Made by a program: the position numbers and the translations under genes. From positions 1 to 24,715 of the IMG/VR virus record IMGVR_UViG_3300049009_000460: 24,715 bases of DNA; one strand, written 5' to 3'. Under the pieces are notes generated by a model, which worked only from the letters and a program-made list of their open reading frames with translations, searched no databases and was not told the DNA's origin. The first letter of the stretch is position 1; every line of letters starts with the position of its first letter. Positions 8,187-16,489 of this stretch are shown piece by piece. This stretch comes from a virus (Duplodnaviria; Caudoviricetes).

Positions 8187-9095
8187 ATGGCCGATCTAAA
8201 CGGAGTTCTGACGAACATCCCCAATCACTTCACCACCCAGTTCGATAGCAACTGGAAACACCTCGTTCAGCAGAAGAACAGCAAGCTGAAAGAATATGTC
8301 ACCCTCGATTCCATCGAAGGGAAGGAGAAATCCTACAACCAACTCGATGTAACCTCCATGACGCAGATCACGGATCGCTCCCGCGACACCCGGATCACCG
8401 ATCAAGCGATGGCCAAGCGTTGGATTCGCCCGCTCAACTACGACTGCGCGAAACTCGTTGACGAGTTCGATGAGCAGTTCCTCGGCGAGGTCGTGCTGCC
8501 CACCAGCCCGATCATCCAGAGCCACGCCGCAGCCTACGCCCGCACTTGCGACAAGATCATCATCGACGCCCTCGGCGGCACAGCCTTCACCGGCACGACC
8601 GGCACGACGGCCACCGTCCTGCCCGCAGGCCAGAAGATCGCAGCCAACTATGTCGAGAGTGGCACAGTCGCCAACTCCGGCCTCACCATCGCAAAACTCC
8701 GCGCAGCGAAGTTCCTCTTCGACTCCAACGAGGTGGACGAAGAGGAGGAGCGCATCATGGTTGTGTCCGCCAAGCAACTCCAAGACCTGCTCCGCACGGT
8801 CGAGGCGACATCGGCAGACTACAACTCGGTTCGCGCCCTTGTGGACGGCACTTTGAACACCTTCATGGGTTTCAAATTCCGCCGCAGCCAGCAACTCCCG
8901 CTGGCCGTCGATATCCGCTCCTGCTTCGCGTATGTGAAGAGCGGCATCATCCTCGCCGAGCGTGGACTCAAAACGATGATGGATGTCCGTCCCGACCTCT
9001 CGCACTCCCTTCAAATCCGCTCCGTGGCCAGCCTCGCTGCCGTCCGCATGGAAGAGAAGAAAATCGTCGAGATCGCCTGCGACGAAGTCCTCTAA
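8187..9095 (+). CDS. major capsid protein
   Basis: 302 aa; LVQQKNSKL, AYARTCDKIIIDAL, SADYN..ALVDG..FMGFKF and AVRMEE motifs of BPP-1-like capsids; strong RBS and downstream terminator. Confidence 0.92.
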   Translation: MADLNGVLTNIPNHFTTQFDSNWKHLVQQKNSKLKEYVTLDSIEGKEKSYNQLDVTSMTQITDRSRDTRITDQAMAKRWIRPLNYDCAKLVDEFDEQFLGEVVLPTSPIIQSHAAAYARTCDKIIIDALGGTAFTGTTGTTATVLPAGQKIAANYVESGTVANSGLTIAKLRAAKFLFDSNEVDEEEERIMVVSAKQLQDLLRTVEATSADYNSVRALVDGTLNTFMGFKFRRSQQLPLAVDIRSCFAYVKSGIILAERGLKTMMDVRPDLSHSLQIRSVASLAAVRMEEKKIVEIACDEVL

Positions 9096-9110
9096 GTTCC
9101 CAACCCCGCT

Positions 9111-9145
9111 GGCAGACCGGGAAATGTCTGCCGCCCCTTTTTTTT
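9111..9145 (+). terminator. rho-independent terminator after capsid
   Basis: GGCAGAC/GTCTGCC stem followed, after 5 nt, by T8. Confidence 0.75.
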
Positions 9146-9171
9146 CAATCTGTGATCTGACCGCGCCTTAA

Positions 9172-10185
9172 ATGACAGACATCCAAATCTGCAACCTCGC
9201 TCTCGCCCGACTCGGTGATTCCCGTATCACCAATCTCAACGACGCGACCGCACAGGCGCAATACTGCTCGCTCTTCTACGCGCAGACTTTGGAAGAACTC
9301 CAAGCCGAGTTCGATTGGCAGTTCTGCCGCAGGCAGGTCGCTCTCACCAGCGGCACGCAACCGCTCACCGGCTACTCGATCCAGTATGCCTTGCCCGCCG
9401 ATTTCATCCGCGCCATCCGGCTCGGCAGCATCGATGCGAGCGAAAACTTCGGATCGTGGGAGATCGTTGGAACCAACCTTCATACGAACATCGCCAGCCC
9501 CGTGGCGCTTGACTACATCGCGCTTGTCACGACCACTACCTCGTTTCCAGCCATCTTCGTCGAGGCGCTCTCCATGAAGCTCGCAGCCGTCCTTGCGATG
9601 CCGCTCACTGGCAGCAAGGAATTATTCACGCAGTGCGTGCAGCTTTACTCGGCCACCGTCCAGAAGCCTGCATTTGCCAACGCCACCGAAGCCTACGCCC
9701 CGGCACGCACCACCGCCGCTCCCGTGAGTGTCTCGGAAATTTGCCGCAGGGCCATCCTGCGTGTCGGTTCTGCCGACCTGTTCAAACCTCACGGCGAACC
9801 CATGGTGATCGCCCAGTCCCTCTACGAGTCGGTGCGCGATAGCCTTCTCTCCGACTTCCAATGGTCGTTCGCCCGCGCCCAAGTCTCCATCGTGAAGGAC
9901 GCAGCCAATCCGACGACCGGCTACTCGTTCCGCTACGCGATCCCCGCAGCCTCCAAACAAATCATCCGGGTCAACAATATCGACGACTCGGAAAACAACG
10001 CGCAGTGGGAAGTGGTTGGTGGATTCATCCACACCAACTTCGTGACCCCTATCATTCTTGATCACACCACCACGGTCACCGATGTGGCCAAGTTCCCGCC
10101 CATCTTCGTCGAAATCCTCACCGCCTCCCTCGCCTTCAAACTCGCATCAATCGTTGAATTCCCAACAAACCAACCATCCCAATAA
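9172..10185 (+). CDS. tail tubular protein A-like adaptor, two tandem domains
   Basis: MTDIQICNLALARLG...WQFC...Y.LPADF...FP.IFVEAL..KLA is the T7 gp11-like signature; a second copy starts near 9724 (SEICRRAILRVG). Confidence 0.88.
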   Translation: MTDIQICNLALARLGDSRITNLNDATAQAQYCSLFYAQTLEELQAEFDWQFCRRQVALTSGTQPLTGYSIQYALPADFIRAIRLGSIDASENFGSWEIVGTNLHTNIASPVALDYIALVTTTTSFPAIFVEALSMKLAAVLAMPLTGSKELFTQCVQLYSATVQKPAFANATEAYAPARTTAAPVSVSEICRRAILRVGSADLFKPHGEPMVIAQSLYESVRDSLLSDFQWSFARAQVSIVKDAANPTTGYSFRYAIPAASKQIIRVNNIDDSENNAQWEVVGGFIHTNFVTPIILDHTTTVTDVAKFPPIFVEILTASLAFKLASIVEFPTNQPSQ

Positions 10186-11843
10186 TGAAATCCGAAGAAC
10201 TCTTCAAAGAATTGCAATTCCTCATGTCCAAGCCTGCCCTCCTTGAGGCAGTCGAGGCAGTCGCCAACTACTCCGGCACACTCACCACAACCGCCAGCGA
10301 GATCATACGCCAAGCGGTTATGCGAGTTGGCAGCGCCGATGCGTTTAAACAAAACGGACAACCCTTCGTCTTCGCCGCAAAATTCTACGCGCAGACCATC
10401 AACGAGATTCTCTCGGAATACGATTGGCGCTTTGCCCGCCAGCAGGCCGGGAATATCGCAAAGGATGTCACCGCTCCCGTCAGTGGATACGATTTCCGCT
10501 ACCCCGTCCCAACAGGGACCATCAAGGTTCTCCGGATTAACGGCATCGACGCCTCGGAGAACTTCGGCACATGGGAGGTTATCGGTAACTTCATCCATAC
10601 CAGTTTGGTGACTCCGATCTCGGTGGATTACATCGCCGCCCCGACCCTCGACACGACCTACCCGGCGATCTTCATCGAACTCGTTGTCGCTCGCCTTGCC
10701 TACAAGCTCGCCATGGCTCTCGGAGCCGGTGACCAAGCGATGGCCGCAGCCAAGGAATTTGACTTCATCATCCAGCGCCCCGCTCTCCAGCGCGAAATCG
10801 CTTCGGTCGCCGATGCTTCCACATCCAACACCGTCACGACCCGCACGCAAATTTGCAAACAGGCAATCATGCGCCTCGGCTCTTTGGAATCCCTCAAAAG
10901 CCAGCCGATGGTATTCGCGAATTCCTTCTACGATCACACGCTGGAAGAACTCCTCTCCGATGTGCCGTGGGCGTTTGCCAAAAAGCAAGTCACGCTCGTT
11001 GTCAACGCGACCAATCCTACGGCGGGCCACACGAAGCGTTACACGCTGCCCACGGATTTTATCCAGATCATCCGGGTGAACAACATCGACACGACTGAGA
11101 ACTTCGGCCAATGGGAAATCGTTGGAGGTTTCCTTCACACCGATATCGGAGCGCCGATCATCGTGGACTACACCTCGCTGGTCACCGATGTGACCCTGTT
11201 CCCGGCCCCGTTCATCGAGGCACTCATCTGCCGCCTCGCCGCCAAGATCGCGCTCCCGCTCACAGCCGATGGCAACATCGTCACCGCCATGGTCCAAGTG
11301 GCGGCTGAAACCATGCAGCGCCCCTCGGTGAAGAACCAGATCGAGAAATCCGCCAAACCCCGCACGACCTCCTCGGCCAACACGGTCTCGGAAATCTGCC
11401 GCCAAGCTATCCTCCGGGTGGGAAGCGCCGATGTCTTCAAACCTTACGGCGAACCGATGTCCATCGCGACATCGCTCTTCGACCAGACCCGCAACGAACT
11501 CCTCGCCGACTTCGACTGGCAGTTCGCCCGTGTCCAGACAACCCTATCCGCCGATGCTGTGGCTCCGTCCTTCGGTTACGCCAAACGCTACCTGCTGCCG
11601 ACCACGACCATCAAGGTGCTGCGGGTCAATGGCGTGGATGAGGATGAAAATTTCGGCAAGTGGGAGATCGTCGGCGGTTACCTCCACACGGATTCCACGC
11701 CTACGGTCCAGATCGAGACGACCGCCATTGTCACTGACGCCAGCAAGTTCCCGGCGGTCTTCGTTAACATGCTCACCGTCACACTCGCGATGAAACTCTC
11801 CCAACTCATGGAATCCCAGCCCGCGCAGGTCGTTCGCCAATAA
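10185..11843 (+). CDS. tail tubular protein A-like adaptor, three tandem domains
   Basis: repeats start near 10293, 10839 and 11382; each has W.FA, Y..P, ENFG.WE..G and (F/Y)P..F. Confidence 0.88.
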   Translation: MKSEELFKELQFLMSKPALLEAVEAVANYSGTLTTTASEIIRQAVMRVGSADAFKQNGQPFVFAAKFYAQTINEILSEYDWRFARQQAGNIAKDVTAPVSGYDFRYPVPTGTIKVLRINGIDASENFGTWEVIGNFIHTSLVTPISVDYIAAPTLDTTYPAIFIELVVARLAYKLAMALGAGDQAMAAAKEFDFIIQRPALQREIASVADASTSNTVTTRTQICKQAIMRLGSLESLKSQPMVFANSFYDHTLEELLSDVPWAFAKKQVTLVVNATNPTAGHTKRYTLPTDFIQIIRVNNIDTTENFGQWEIVGGFLHTDIGAPIIVDYTSLVTDVTLFPAPFIEALICRLAAKIALPLTADGNIVTAMVQVAAETMQRPSVKNQIEKSAKPRTTSSANTVSEICRQAILRVGSADVFKPYGEPMSIATSLFDQTRNELLADFDWQFARVQTTLSADAVAPSFGYAKRYLLPTTTIKVLRVNGVDEDENFGKWEIVGGYLHTDSTPTVQIETTAIVTDASKFPAVFVNMLTVTLAMKLSQLMESQPAQVVRQ

Positions 11844-11846
11844 CGC

Positions 11847-13322
11847 ATGAAAAGTGAGGAGCTATTCAAGGAACTCCAGTTCCTCGCAGGCAAGCCCGCA
11901 TTGAAAAATGCGGTCGAGGCCCGCGCCTCCTCGCGCCCATCCAGCACCCTCACCGAGGATGAACTCTGCCGCCAAGCCATCCTCCGGGTGGGCACAGCCG
12001 AGCAGTTCGGCCCCTCCTCGCAGGCGATGCTCCTCGCCAAGTCGCTCTACCCACAGGTGCGCGACTCCCTCCTTCTCACCGGATCGTGGACATGGGCGAT
12101 GAAGTCCCTCACGGTGGCCGAGAGCCTCCCTCGCCCGGAATACAAGTGGGCCTACCGATACGCGATCCCGTCCGACTGCCTGCGCGTCTTCCGGGTGAAC
12201 GACCAAGATTACGCCACCGGCGATGCGGCGTGGGAGGTCTCGGGGAATTTCGTCCTGTCGAACTCCGACTCCGGCGCTCCCGACTGGGTCGCGGGCCGCA
12301 CCTACGAAGTTGATAATGTCGTCACCAGCGCCGAGGCAGTCTACCGTTGCATGGTCACCGGCACGAACAAGCAACCCGGCGTCACCTCCGGATGGACGAT
12401 CTCATGGGATGTGTGGCTCGGAAGCGCCATCACGCTGGAATATGTCCGGCGTGTCACGGATGTCACCCTCTTCGACTCCCTCTTCATCGACCTGCTCACC
12501 GCAAGTCTCGCGGCCAAGCTCGCCGTTCCTCTCACCGGCGATGCCGCCAAGGCCGCGCTCCTTGCCAAAGAAACCGACATCCTCGGCAAAAGCCCTGCCA
12601 TGCGCCGGGACTCCACCGAGCGCAAGGGCCGCATCAAACCAGCGTGGATGAGCAGCAAACTCGTCTCCTCACGCAACGGCGGCGATGGCATCGAGGCGCA
12701 AGCCAAGGCGAGCGGACCCGGCGGGGGAGTCAGCTACCCCTCGCTTCTCGTCCAAGTCGGGGATGTTTCCGCCGTGTCCGGCAACACCCAGCCCTTTGTC
12801 ACCAATTCCGGCACAGGCAATACCGCCGTTTTGAATTTTGGCCTCCCCCAAGCGGGCCTCCTCTCCAGCGCCAAAACGACCCTCACTGGCAACGGCACGC
12901 TCAAAACTTTCACGGTCTCCGGCCTCAAATCCTCCGACCCGAACCATGTCTTGGTCGCCATCAACGGCGTCACTCAGGAACCCACCACCGACTATCTCGT
13001 CAATCAGGGAAGCGGCACGATCACCTTCACGCAGGCGATTCCCCCCGCCGCAAAGATCGTCGTCGTGGCGCTCGGTCTCTACTCGCCCGCCACCCAGCGC
13101 GACCCGGACAACTACATCCACGCCTTCGCCCTCAACGCCGCAGGCACATTCAGCTACTACGGACTGCTGTTGAACTCCGACATCCCCGGCTCCGGCTCCG
13201 CTGCCGCCGTGGCCAAATGGTCGATCACCCGCTCCGCACTATCCGCAGCCGGAGCCGTCACTGCCACCGCCCAAGCGACCAATGTCGCGTGGACCAACCG
13301 GGAGACCGCCACCTACGCCTGA
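11847..13322 (+). CDS. tail tubular protein A-like adaptor domain with carbohydrate-binding-like insert and fibre-like C-terminal modules
   Basis: same MKSEELFKELQFL start as the previous gene; one adaptor repeat; WVAGRTYEVDNVV...YRC insert; C-terminal GNGTLKTFT..VAINGVTQEP..DY module. Confidence 0.85.
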   Translation: MKSEELFKELQFLAGKPALKNAVEARASSRPSSTLTEDELCRQAILRVGTAEQFGPSSQAMLLAKSLYPQVRDSLLLTGSWTWAMKSLTVAESLPRPEYKWAYRYAIPSDCLRVFRVNDQDYATGDAAWEVSGNFVLSNSDSGAPDWVAGRTYEVDNVVTSAEAVYRCMVTGTNKQPGVTSGWTISWDVWLGSAITLEYVRRVTDVTLFDSLFIDLLTASLAAKLAVPLTGDAAKAALLAKETDILGKSPAMRRDSTERKGRIKPAWMSSKLVSSRNGGDGIEAQAKASGPGGGVSYPSLLVQVGDVSAVSGNTQPFVTNSGTGNTAVLNFGLPQAGLLSSAKTTLTGNGTLKTFTVSGLKSSDPNHVLVAINGVTQEPTTDYLVNQGSGTITFTQAIPPAAKIVVVALGLYSPATQRDPDNYIHAFALNAAGTFSYYGLLLNSDIPGSGSAAAVAKWSITRSALSAAGAVTATAQATNVAWTNRETATYA

Positions 13323-13561
13323 TGACGACGATCACCGAGACCAACATCACCCAGCAACTGGACCTGTCGAACTTCACGATTGTCCTGCCGGAGGAAAGCA
13401 TCAAGCAACTCGTCATTTACCCGACCTCTTCCGACTTCCCGCAACCCGGAAGGGAGGCCCGCATCTACCACGCGCAGGACACCCATGTGCAGTGGCTTTG
13501 GGATGACGCCACCAACACCTACCGCCTCCTGCTCGAAATGATCGACTGCGGACAATTCTAA
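13322..13561 (+). CDS. small tail-associated protein (79 aa)
   Basis: TGATG coupling to the upstream gene; YPTSSDFPQPG..IY.AQDT..W pattern seen in phage fibre modules; ends IDCGQF. Confidence 0.75.
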   Translation: MTTITETNITQQLDLSNFTIVLPEESIKQLVIYPTSSDFPQPGREARIYHAQDTHVQWLWDDATNTYRLLLEMIDCGQF

Positions 13562-13595
13562 CACTTTCCCCATGAACACCAAACCAACCCGTCAG

Positions 13596-13609
13596 TTTTG
13601 ACTGATACC
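13596..13609 (+). promoter_or_regulatory. conserved motif TTTTGACTGATACC, copy before fibre cassette
   Basis: exact copy, intergenic, 23 nt before ATG 13633. Confidence 0.8.
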
Positions 13610-13632
13610 AAACCAACAACCAAATAAATCAA

Positions 13633-14490
13633 ATGCCCAATCCAATCCTGAAAATCAAACGCGGTAGTGGTTCTCCACAAACCCTTTCCGCAGGCGAACT
13701 CGCCATCGACACAGCAAACAAGAGCCTCTTTGTAGGCTTATCAGACGGGACACCGCTCGTCATCGGCGGTGAAAATGTCTTTGCAAAAAAGACTTACGCT
13801 GATGCAGCAGTAGCAGCAGAGGCCGCGCTTCGCTCGGCAGCAGACGCCACATTGACATCGAACCTCGCAACCGAGGTTTCGGATCGTGCTTCTGCGGTAT
13901 CCGCAGCCGCCGCCACCGCCGCGAGCAACCTCGCTACGGAAAGCAGCGCAAGACAAGCCGCCGATGCGACATTGACTCAAAATCTCGCCACTGAGGTTTC
14001 ACGGGCGCAGGCCGCAGAAGGCACTCTCTCGACAAATCTTGCGTCGGAAATTTCCCGTGCCACCGCAGCAGAGGTCGCGCTCGGAACTCGCATCGACAAT
14101 GTCCTTTCCAATGTGGATGGGCCAGCCCTTGATTCGCTTTCGGAAGTGGTCGCGGCGTTCCAAACGGCAGATTCCAGCTTGAATGGAGCGATAACCAGCC
14201 TCGCTTCCACCGCCTCCACAGGTCTGGCAAACGAAGTGACCCGTGCCACCGCAGCCGAGTCGGCATTGGGCGTGCGTATCGATGGAACCGTCAGTGCAGC
14301 CACGGCCTTGGCCTCGCGGGTCACCGCAGCCGAGAGCGACATCAACACCCTCGAAAGCGACCTGTCCACAGAGATCACAAACCGCACCAACGCAATTTCT
14401 TCAGAGGCGTCGACCCGTGCTTCGGCTGATACCAGCTTGGGCAATCGCATCACCGCTTTGGAAACAAGCATCGATGGTGGAACTTATTAG
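13633..14490 (+). CDS. coiled-coil fibre protein with Mtd-N/hyaluronidase-N-like head domain
   Basis: N-terminal IKRG...LSAGELAIDT; 18-residue repeats such as NLATEVSRAQAAEGTLST; ends IDGGTY. Confidence 0.75.
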   Translation: MPNPILKIKRGSGSPQTLSAGELAIDTANKSLFVGLSDGTPLVIGGENVFAKKTYADAAVAAEAALRSAADATLTSNLATEVSDRASAVSAAAATAASNLATESSARQAADATLTQNLATEVSRAQAAEGTLSTNLASEISRATAAEVALGTRIDNVLSNVDGPALDSLSEVVAAFQTADSSLNGAITSLASTASTGLANEVTRATAAESALGVRIDGTVSAATALASRVTAAESDINTLESDLSTEITNRTNAISSEASTRASADTSLGNRITALETSIDGGTY

Positions 14491-14506
14491 TATTCAATAA
14501 CAAAGC

Positions 14507-14531
14507 CCGCCGGGGTTCAACCCCCCGGCGG
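14507..14531 (+). terminator. GC-rich intergenic hairpin (weak terminator or mRNA stabiliser)
   Basis: CCGCCGGGG/CCCCGGCGG 9-bp stem; no clean U tract. Confidence 0.5.
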
Positions 14532-14548
14532 CAACCTTCTTCCATAAG

Positions 14549-14923
14549 ATGGCCAACCCAAAAATCATTCCGAAAAAATCCGTTCTGGCTGGAGCTATTC
14601 CGACCACGGAACATTTGGCGCTCGGAGAGATTTGTGTAAACCACACAGACAGAAATCTCTACACTCGGAATCCCGCGACTGGCGAAGTCTATAAACTCGC
14701 AGGCGCAAAGGAAGCACCCGACCGGCTGTGGATGTTCGGCCTCGTCGGCGACACCACCTACCTCGGCTACCTCCTCTACTCGGCTTTCCCAAACTCCGGG
14801 AGCGTCTTTGACGCCACGGGCTGGGAGATCGTCCGAACCATCTTCAACGCAGCAGGAACAACATCCACCGAAGCCAGCGCCACCGGCGCGTGGAACAACC
14901 GCTCAACTCTCACCTACGCATGA
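14549..14923 (+). CDS. small tail/fibre connector protein
   Basis: N-terminal KKS..AGAIP....LALGEICVN.TD domain; C-terminus similar to the end of 11847..13322. Confidence 0.75.
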   Translation: MANPKIIPKKSVLAGAIPTTEHLALGEICVNHTDRNLYTRNPATGEVYKLAGAKEAPDRLWMFGLVGDTTYLGYLLYSAFPNSGSVFDATGWEIVRTIFNAAGTTSTEASATGAWNNRSTLTYA

Positions 14924-15432
14924 TCGCAACACCCATCCTCTCCGGTGCCTCTGGCACAAAGACCCTCGCGGTATTCACGCCGCGCCACAGCTCGCCGCCA
15001 GCGACTCTGTTTGCAACGCTCGACACGCGCAACTCCATCGCCGTTCTCGATTTTGACGACGCCACCATCGAGAGCGCAACATTCCCAGCAATCATTCCCG
15101 AGGCGGCAGACCTCGCCAGCGGTCTGAGCGTCCGTGTCACATGGATGGCAACCACCGCTACAAGCGGCAACGTCCGTTGGCGTGTCGCATTGGAGCGTGG
15201 CAACACCGACCTCGATGCCGACTCGTTCGACACCGCAGCCGAGGCAAACGGAGCCGCAAACGGAACAAGCGGCATCGCCACCACGACCAACATCACTCTG
15301 ACCACCATCGACAGCGTAGCAGTCGGCGAGCCTTACCGGATCAGAATTTCCCGCGTTGGCAGCGATGCCACGAACGACACTATGACAGGCGATGCCGAAC
15401 TCATCGCCGTCGAAGTCCAACAGGTTGCTTAA
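14920..15432 (+). CDS. putative beta-sandwich virion protein
   Basis: ATGA-coupled start at 14920 (MIATPILSG); Thr/Ala-rich with alternating beta-strand pattern. Confidence 0.7.
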   Translation: MIATPILSGASGTKTLAVFTPRHSSPPATLFATLDTRNSIAVLDFDDATIESATFPAIIPEAADLASGLSVRVTWMATTATSGNVRWRVALERGNTDLDADSFDTAAEANGAANGTSGIATTTNITLTTIDSVAVGEPYRIRISRVGSDATNDTMTGDAELIAVEVQQVA

Positions 15433-15434
15433 TT

Positions 15435-16070
15435 ATGGCCTGCAACTTTAACGGGACGCAGTATCTTTCTATGGCAGCCGCGCCAGCGAGCGGAAGCCCA
15501 ATGACAATCGCGGCTTGGTTTTATCCGACGCAATCTCTTGTCCAAGTTTTAGTTTGCATTGGTCAAAACTCTGGCACGTACCGTAATCAACTAACCTATG
15601 ACGGAGACGTATTGGGCAGACCAATTCGAGCGTTTGCGGTTGGAACTGGGGGTAGTTTTCAAGCGCAAGGGGGAAGCACAACGCTAAACGAGTGGAATCA
15701 CGCTTGCGCTGTATTTGGCTCGGCAACCTCCCGCGAAATTTTTGCAGGCGGAGCAAGCGGTGCAACAAACACAAGCAATGTAGGCACTCAAAATGCTGCA
15801 ACAGGCACACAAATTGGAGCGAGAACTGCGAGCAACTCAACAGGCTTTTATTTTAACGGAAACATTGCCGAAATAGGAATCTGGAACGCCGCCCTCACCG
15901 CCGCCGAAATCGCCTCCCTTGCCAAGGGCATGACCCCTGACAAAATCCGCCCGCAGTCGCTTGTATTCTACGCTCCGCTCGTTCGCAATCTGATCGACCA
16001 AAAAGGAGGACTCGCCATCACAAATAACAACTCCGCCACCGTCGCCAACCATCCTCGCATCTACCCATGA
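15435..16070 (+). CDS. LamG / concanavalin A-like lectin domain protein (candidate receptor-binding protein)
   Basis: ATG 15435; MTIAAWF, WNHACAVF, IGA and FNGNIAEIGIWNAALTAAEI motifs typical of LamG-like domains. Confidence 0.85.
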   Translation: MACNFNGTQYLSMAAAPASGSPMTIAAWFYPTQSLVQVLVCIGQNSGTYRNQLTYDGDVLGRPIRAFAVGTGGSFQAQGGSTTLNEWNHACAVFGSATSREIFAGGASGATNTSNVGTQNAATGTQIGARTASNSTGFYFNGNIAEIGIWNAALTAAEIASLAKGMTPDKIRPQSLVFYAPLVRNLIDQKGGLAITNNNSATVANHPRIYP

Positions 16071-16483
16071 GCCTCTACAAAAATAAAATCACCAACGAAC
16101 TCCGCGAACTCCCCGAGAGCTACATCGCCGACCTCATCGCCGCAGGCAATCCCAAGGCCGCGCAATGGCAGGCCGCCCCGCCCAAGCCAAGCGAAGACGC
16201 AGCGTGGCAAGACGGCCAATGGGTCACTCCATCCGCGCCTTTCTACACCGCCGAAGAGTGGACTGATTCGCAAGGCTACGGAGGCAACCGCTCCACCACG
16301 ATCCTCTACCAAAAGCTCCGCCTCGACGCCGCCGCAAAATCCTCGCCCAAGCTCGTTGCCGTACAAGGCTGGCTCGATGGAATGATCGCCTCTGGCCTCG
16401 CCCCCGCCGCCAGCAACTGGCCCGCCGCCCCTCACAGCTTCGAGGCAACGCTCACCGAAACTCTCACCATCCTCAACTCCTAA
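16067..16483 (+). CDS. hypothetical protein (possible fibre chaperone or accessory protein)
   Basis: ATGA coupling; PPKPS..A.W.DGQWV pattern reminiscent of tail fibre assembly proteins. Confidence 0.65.
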   Translation: MSLYKNKITNELRELPESYIADLIAAGNPKAAQWQAAPPKPSEDAAWQDGQWVTPSAPFYTAEEWTDSQGYGGNRSTTILYQKLRLDAAAKSSPKLVAVQGWLDGMIASGLAPAASNWPAAPHSFEATLTETLTILNS

Positions 16484-16489
16484 AAAAAC

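Noticed and set aside
9040-9110. T7 10A/10B-style capsid frameshift extension
   Set aside because: No slippery site seen near the stop, and a terminator follows immediately
10158-10187. Programmed -1 frameshift fusing the first two adaptor genes
   Set aside because: The -1 frame is open only from 10158 and has no X XXY YYZ heptamer; the A/C-rich tract and TAATG overlap fit translational coupling better
12347-13321. Upstream extension of the 404-aa ORF 12347..13561
   Set aside because: Arg/His/Pro-rich off-frame translation overlapping the adaptor gene; only the part from ATG 13322 looks real
1223-13609. Repeated 14-mer as a CRISPR array or plain sigma70 -35 box
   Set aside because: Copies are kilobases apart with no regular spacers; TTGACT is -35-like but a matching -10 would fall inside the downstream gene for several copies
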